From: Dictyostelium discoideum
Lineage: Eukaryota
Assembly: GCA_000004695.1 (NCBI GenBank)
Contig: CM000153.2
Coordinates: forward strand, 3,392,001-3,456,000
DNA length: 64,000 nt
Direction of reading: 5' to 3'
The stretch's first letter is position 1; the number at the start of each line of letters is the position of its first letter. Shown in pieces: positions 58,824-64,000 of this stretch. The position numbers and the translations under genes were made by a program. A model generated the notes under the pieces. The model saw nothing but the letters and a program-made list of their open reading frames with translations. It did no database searches and was not told the origin of the DNA.

Positions 58824-61192
58824 GTAATAGTAGTAGTAATGGTAGTAATAATAATAATAATTTTAATAATAGTTTAATTAATAGTAATATAAATAATAGT
58901 ATTAATAATCTTGGTACAAAGAAATTATTAAATGATTTAGAGAAATCACAATTTGAAAAACAACAATTAGAGATGAAATTACAAACTACCTTTTTAATGG
59001 CATCAAAAACTGAAGAGAAATATAAGGATCTATTAGAGAAATCAAAGATTTTCAGTGAAGGATATTTAGAGAAACAAAATGATGAAGTAAAGAGAATTGA
59101 AGAGTTAAAGAAAGAATTAGAGGAAAAGAAAAGAGAGATCTCATTGTTATCAAATGAATTGGAAAAAGTATCAGAGGATAAATTAGCAAATCAACAAATC
59201 ATCGTCCAATTGCATGATGAAAAAACCACATTAACCAATGAGATTGAATCATTAAATCAAGAGATTGAAAAACGTAAAAAAACCATTGATGACTATCAAT
59301 CTGAACTTCAACTTAAAGAGTCAACCTATAAAGAACAAATGTCAAGTGCTGTCGGAGATTTCAATGAAAAGAATAATGAAATTGAAAAATTACGTCAAGA
59401 GATTATAAAATTACAAGATACAATCGATTCATTACAACAAAAGATTTCAATATTAGAGTTGGCCAATGAAGCTAGTCAAAAGGAGAACGAACAATTGGTT
59501 GTAAAGAATGGTCAATTAGAGTTAACAATTGATGAGTTAAATTTGAAATCCAATGATTTATTAGCTCTTATTACGAAATTAAAAATGGAGAATGAGTTGG
59601 CATTGGAGGAATTAAGACAAACTCTTCAACATATCTCTGATGAAAATCAAACTTTAAAGGCTGGTTCAACTTCACAATCGGATGAATTACTTGTAAAAAC
59701 TATGCATTACAATGAAACCAATAAGAAATTACAAGATGAAATTAAAGATTTAACCAAAAATGGTGAGTCATTAATTCAACAAATTAAATCATTACAAAAA
59801 GATATCGCTCAATTAAATGAAACCAATGAAACATTAACAACAAAAAATAAGGATTTACAACAACACACCGAGTCATTAGAGAAGGAGATAATCGTATTAA
59901 AAGATTCAAATTTAGATAAAGAAAAACTATTAGATCTATTACGTAAAGAGAATGAAAAATCCGATCAAACCTCAAGTGGTAATATTAAACGTGTTGAAGA
60001 ATTAATGAAAGAATTGACCATTAGTAAAAATCTATTCATTGAAATCAATCAATCAAAAGATTCATTACAGAGAGAGATCATTGATTTAAAGAATAAAATT
60101 GAAAACGATAAAAAGATATTTCAAGAACAAGGAAATGAAGTTGAAAAATCAAATGAAAAAATCACTGAACTCAATGTATCACTCGATAGAATCACTAAAG
60201 AGAATTTAAATTTCAAAGACACTGTAAATAAATTAACAATCAATAATTCAAACCTTGAAAAAGAAGTTGATACTCTAAAGTTTAAAAACAAAGAACAACA
60301 AGAAATCGCTTTGAAAATGAAAGAATTATTTGTACAATTAGAGACAAAGAACGGTCAATCTCTACAAGAGATCAAAACAAAAGAAAACGAAAATAATAAT
60401 TTGAAATCAGAGGTTCAAACATTGTTATTGGAAATGGAAAAATTAAAAGGATTCGATGAGAAAAATTCAAAAGAACTTCATGAATTACAAAATTATTTCA
60501 ATGGATTAGAGGAAGAAAATGATAAATTGAAAAAAGAAAATAAAGAACATCAAGTAAACATTCAATCATTAAAAGAAAACATAAAGAATGAAAAGAGTAT
60601 GCATAAGAAAGAAATGGAAACTTTGGCTGAAAAGGAGAAAACATTGGAAGAAAGAGAGAAGCAATTGATTGAAAAGGATAAGATCATCGCAGATTTACGT
60701 TTGAAATCTCAACAATCCAATTTAATGCCAGAGGTTCAATCACTTAGAAATGTTATTTATGAACTAACAAAAATCATCAATCCAAGTGCAAAGGAACCTA
60801 TGGATGGTAATTCTATCGTTAACTATGTAAATAAGATTACCATCGAACAAATGTTACAAAATCAACAATTGTTAGAGCGTGTTACAACCTTGGAGAATCA
60901 ACAAGCAATTGAACATTCACAAAGTGCATTACTCTCAAATTTCACTCATGATCGTATTGCCATTTTCCATAAAAATAAAAATGGTTTCTATGAAGCTATT
61001 AATATTGATTCTCCAAATTATTTCCTTTCACAACTCTCATATGATCAATACACTCAAGAAATGAAAAATGCTTCAATTATCTTTGGTACAATCATTAATA
61101 TTGATACTAAAATCGCTGGTGATTCTGAATCATTTGGATGTTTACCTGGTACTGAAATTTGTGAAGTTTTAATTAGTAAATTAGAAAATTAA
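56354..61192 (+). CDS. Autophagy scaffold of the FIP200/RB1CC1-Atg11 family (N-terminal ubiquitin-like domain, long coiled coil, C-terminal Atg11/claw-like domain); 8 exons: join(56354..56439, 56545..56665, 56794..56890, 56984..57209, 57355..57663, 57761..57843, 57918..58093, 58205..61192), ~1361 aa
   Basis: Exon 1-3 product MQPNNGFNLKVVYAENGYSYTIPVNPSIS|IEDIKHSLANATNLHVSDQILLSDKTHIAPKGTLESYGII|KDKEIYLYNRRILENL resembles the FIP200 N-terminal UBL (..IFLFNKEMIL). Donors GTATGT/GTAAGT/GTAATT and AG acceptors keep frame with ORF-track pieces 56932..57219, 57176..57667 and 58211..61192. About 700 aa of heptad-rich coiled coil. C-terminal ...FTHDRIAIFHKNKNGFYEAINIDSPNYFLSQ.... Confidence 0.55.
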
Positions 61193-61351
61193 TTAAAAAA
61201 TATATTTATTATTAAATAATTTAAAAATACTTTTTTTTTTTATTTTTTTTTCTAAATAATAATAATTAATAATAAAAATAAATAAATAAAATAGTTTGTT
61301 TTAAATTTGTATAAATATAAATTTTTTTTATTATTTAGGAGTTTTTTTTTT

Positions 61352-62713
61352 TCAATTTAATTGATTTAAAAAATTTAAATTTTTATAACCTTGTTTAAAA
61401 CATTGAATTAAAGTTTCATGAATACCTTCATTACCTTTATCTCTTGTTAATGAAGCAAAGGTTTTTACAGATTTAAAATAATTATTGCCATTTTCAGATT
61501 TATTTAAAGGTGGAGTTTGTTTAATTATATAATTTAATAATGATTGTCTTGGTCCAATTTCAATGAAACAAACATTTCTACCAAGATTAGAGTTTTCAAT
61601 ATGTTGGAATACATTTTTTATACCCAATGCTAATCTTGCTTGATCACGTAAATTTTCAAATACATATTCTTTGTTAATGTAAAAATCTTTATTAAATAAA
61701 GTACCCTTTACTGTTGAAATATGGTGAATATCTGCTTTTGGTGGATATGATTTAAATTGTAATTTCATCATATCATCATAGAGACAATCTTGACAAGAAT
61801 GATGAAATGCAGTTGGAATTGATAAAACTTTTGTGTTGATTGATTCAAGTTTACATTGCTCAACGATTTGCTCCAATTCAACTTTATCACCACCAATTGT
61901 AACATTTGAAGGTGATAAAATGCAACAAACTTCAACTGATTTGAATTTTGTGCAAAATTTCTCTTGAAATTCTTCATTACCTAAATCTACCCATATCATT
62001 CCTTTTCCAGTTCCAAATGTTTTTTGTTGAGATTTTCCTCTATTGTAAATAACATAACAAAGTGTTTCTAAATCTTGAATCATACCACTTGCATAGCTTG
62101 CAACTATTTCACCAAATGAATGTCCAAATACTATCGTTGGTTTTAAACCCCAATGTTCTGTAAATAATTTATAGATTGAAATTTGTGATATTAATAAAAT
62201 ACTTTGAGTTATCATTTGATTTGTGTTTAATTCTGGATCAAATTCATCTTTATATTGTCTAACTTTTTCAATAGTTGAAAAACCTAAATAGATTTTCATT
62301 ATTTCATCGATTTTATCCATAGTCTCTCTGAATATTGGCTCACTATTATATAATTCAAATATTAATGGATTAAATTGTGCTCCTTGTCCTGAAAATAAAA
62401 AAACGATACACGGTTCTTCCTCTTTAATAATATTTTTTTCATTTTCCAATAGTTTTGATGATAACGGTGCTGATGAATTGGATAAAGATAATAATTCAAC
62501 TTTTTCTTCAAATTCAATCCAATTTTTTGCTGATATAAATATATTATCTTTATTTATTTCATTAGAATTATTATTAATAGTTATTTGTAATTTTGCAAAT
62601 TCTTTAAAACTATCTTCATTTGGTCCTTTATGTTTTTTTATCAATTCTTTAATATTCTCATCCTTTGGAAATGATATTAAATATTGTTTATTTAATAAAT
62701 TATTACAAATCAT
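61352..62713 (-). CDS. Stand-alone acyltransferase (malonyl-CoA:ACP transacylase-like) protein resembling a polyketide/fatty-acid-synthase AT domain
   Basis: About 453 aa from the first ATG (MICNNLL...). AT-domain motifs FLFSGQGAQF and nucleophile GHSFGEIVASYASG, with downstream conserved YN and HH positions. No KS or ACP module is contiguous: A-rich intergenic sequence follows on both sides. Confidence 0.55.
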   Translation of the reverse strand: MICNNLLNKQYLISFPKDENIKELIKKHKGPNEDSFKEFAKLQITINNNSNEINKDNIFISAKNWIEFEEKVELLSLSNSSAPLSSKLLENEKNIIKEEEPCIVFLFSGQGAQFNPLIFELYNSEPIFRETMDKIDEIMKIYLGFSTIEKVRQYKDEFDPELNTNQMITQSILLISQISIYKLFTEHWGLKPTIVFGHSFGEIVASYASGMIQDLETLCYVIYNRGKSQQKTFGTGKGMIWVDLGNEEFQEKFCTKFKSVEVCCILSPSNVTIGGDKVELEQIVEQCKLESINTKVLSIPTAFHHSCQDCLYDDMMKLQFKSYPPKADIHHISTVKGTLFNKDFYINKEYVFENLRDQARLALGIKNVFQHIENSNLGRNVCFIEIGPRQSLLNYIIKQTPPLNKSENGNNYFKSVKTFASLTRDKGNEGIHETLIQCFKQGYKNLNFLNQLN

Positions 62714-62899
62714 TATTTTTCGCACAAAAAAAAAACAAACTTAAATAAAAAAAAAACAAAAAAAAAAAAAAAAATATTTTATACCAAAAAAAAAAAAAAT
62801 ATCTAAAAAAAAGTGTCACAATCACAAAAAAAAAAAGATTCCATAAAAATAGTACTAAAAATTAGGTGTAAAAAAAAAAAAAAAAAGAAAAGAAAAAAA

Positions 62900-63428
62900 T
62901 TAAAATTCTTTGTTTATTAAATTTTCATTATCAAAATTTTCTTCATAATAATAATTATTATTTTTAAAAAAAAAAACATTATCAATATCACCAACCACTT
63001 GAACTTCTTTAAAATGTTCAAAGTCTGATTCACCATCAAATGATTCTCCACCAACTGATAAATCATCAGCACCACTGCTATCATCACCATCATCTTTATT
63101 TTTTTGATTTATATTTAAATTTTTAGGGAAAACTTGAGAAAATTTAGCACTTGTAAAATCATCACCAAATTGTGATGTTTTCACTTTTTTTTTTCTTTGA
63201 TAGCGTTTCTCTAATAATATTAAAACTCTTTTCTTTAAATTATATTTATAAATTAATAAACCAATTACCATTAAAATAAAAAGTATTAAAAAAGCCATTA
63301 AACCAATAAAAATATGAGAGTCTATTAAGTTTTCAACTTTATGATGATTATGGTAATGATGGTAATGGTGGTGATGATGATGATGGTGAATGAAATTATT
63401 GGGTTTATTATTATTATTTTTATTATTA

Positions 63429-63526
<98 letters not shown>

Positions 63527-63985
63527 ATTATTATAATTATAGTCGCTTGAAAAATTATTTGAATTTAAAATTTTTGATTTACTTGAAATTAAACCTTGAA
63601 AATCACAATTTAATTTTGAAAATTGATTGGAATAAACTTCTATAATTATTGACTCTATATCAATAGAGTTATAATATGGATTTGTTAATTGATCAGAACC
63701 TTCAAAATTATTTATAAGGAATGATCTCTCTATATCACTTTGGTCTCCAAGTTCATTATTATTATTTATATTACCACAAACATTGTTATTATTATTATTA
63801 TTATTGTTATTATTATTACTAATATTTTTATTATTATATTTTTTATTACTATTTACAACTAATTTTAGTATTGGTTTTATTGGTTTTATTGGTGACGATG
63901 GCTGTTGTTGTGGTTGCTGGAATTGGTTTTCTTTTAACAATGATGTTTCAAAAAGAGAAACAGATTTAGAGGATGTGAAATCCAT
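62900..63985 (-). CDS. Hypothetical single-pass membrane protein with poly-Asn and His-rich ([16 protein letters not shown]) juxtamembrane tracts
   Basis: 361-aa ORF, real ATG at 63983-63985. TM helix IFIGLMAFLILFILMVIGLLIY followed by a basic stop-transfer KYNLKKR. Acidic C-terminal tail with DDGDDSSGADDLSVGGESFDGESDFEHF. Confidence 0.4.
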
Positions 63986-64000
63986 AATTATAAATTAAAT

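Overview
This window is AT-rich (~75-80% A+T) eukaryotic nuclear DNA with every hallmark of a Dictyostelium-type social-amoeba genome. It has (AAT)n, (ATT)n, (AAAT)n, (CAAA)n and (GAT)n microsatellites, poly-Asn/Gln coding tracts, and short (70-190 bp) introns with GTAAGT/GTATGT donors and AG acceptors. There are no prokaryotic operons, CRISPR arrays, rRNA or tRNA genes.

I resolve about 30 protein-coding genes on both strands, many by reconstructing exon joins from the ORF track.
- A cluster of three paralogous 72-73 aa Cys/Pro-rich small-protein genes.
- An ALKBH1-like dioxygenase.
- A TsaA/TrmO-like tRNA methyltransferase.
- A Nup107/Nup84-family nucleoporin (4 exons).
- A large C-terminal RING E3 ligase (6 exons).
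- An FG-GAP plus tenascin-EGF transmembrane protein (4 exons).
- A GHITM/TMBIM-like protein.
- A formin (4 exons, 1087 aa).
- A dienelactone hydrolase.
- A mitochondrial MetRS.
- NFU1.
- A bacterial-type YecM-like protein.
- rpS28.
- An EF-hand mitochondrial carrier (SCaMC-like).
- Cdc20.
- A Cys-rich transmembrane protein.
- An RBR E3 ligase.
- An STE20-family kinase.
- A type-I DnaJ.
- A FIP200/Atg11-like autophagy scaffold (8 exons).
- A stand-alone PKS-type acyltransferase protein.
- Several unknown transmembrane proteins.

The most unusual structures are these.
- A mosaic rearrangement at 27.4-29.8 kb, where decayed duplicate pieces of the formin 3' end and of the dienelactone hydrolase gene flank a ~0.9 kb insert of atypical composition.
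- A pseudogene-rich segment at 1.1-3.4 kb: a WD40 fragment, plus an SDR pseudogene with a nonsense codon at the catalytic Lys, bracketed by a repeated 50-bp element and a G18 tract.
- A YecM-like gene that is a candidate ancient horizontal acquisition.
- Several short tandem, palindromic or inverted repeats in promoter and 3' regions.

Coordinates of inferred splice sites carry a +/-1-2 nt uncertainty because they were derived by hand.
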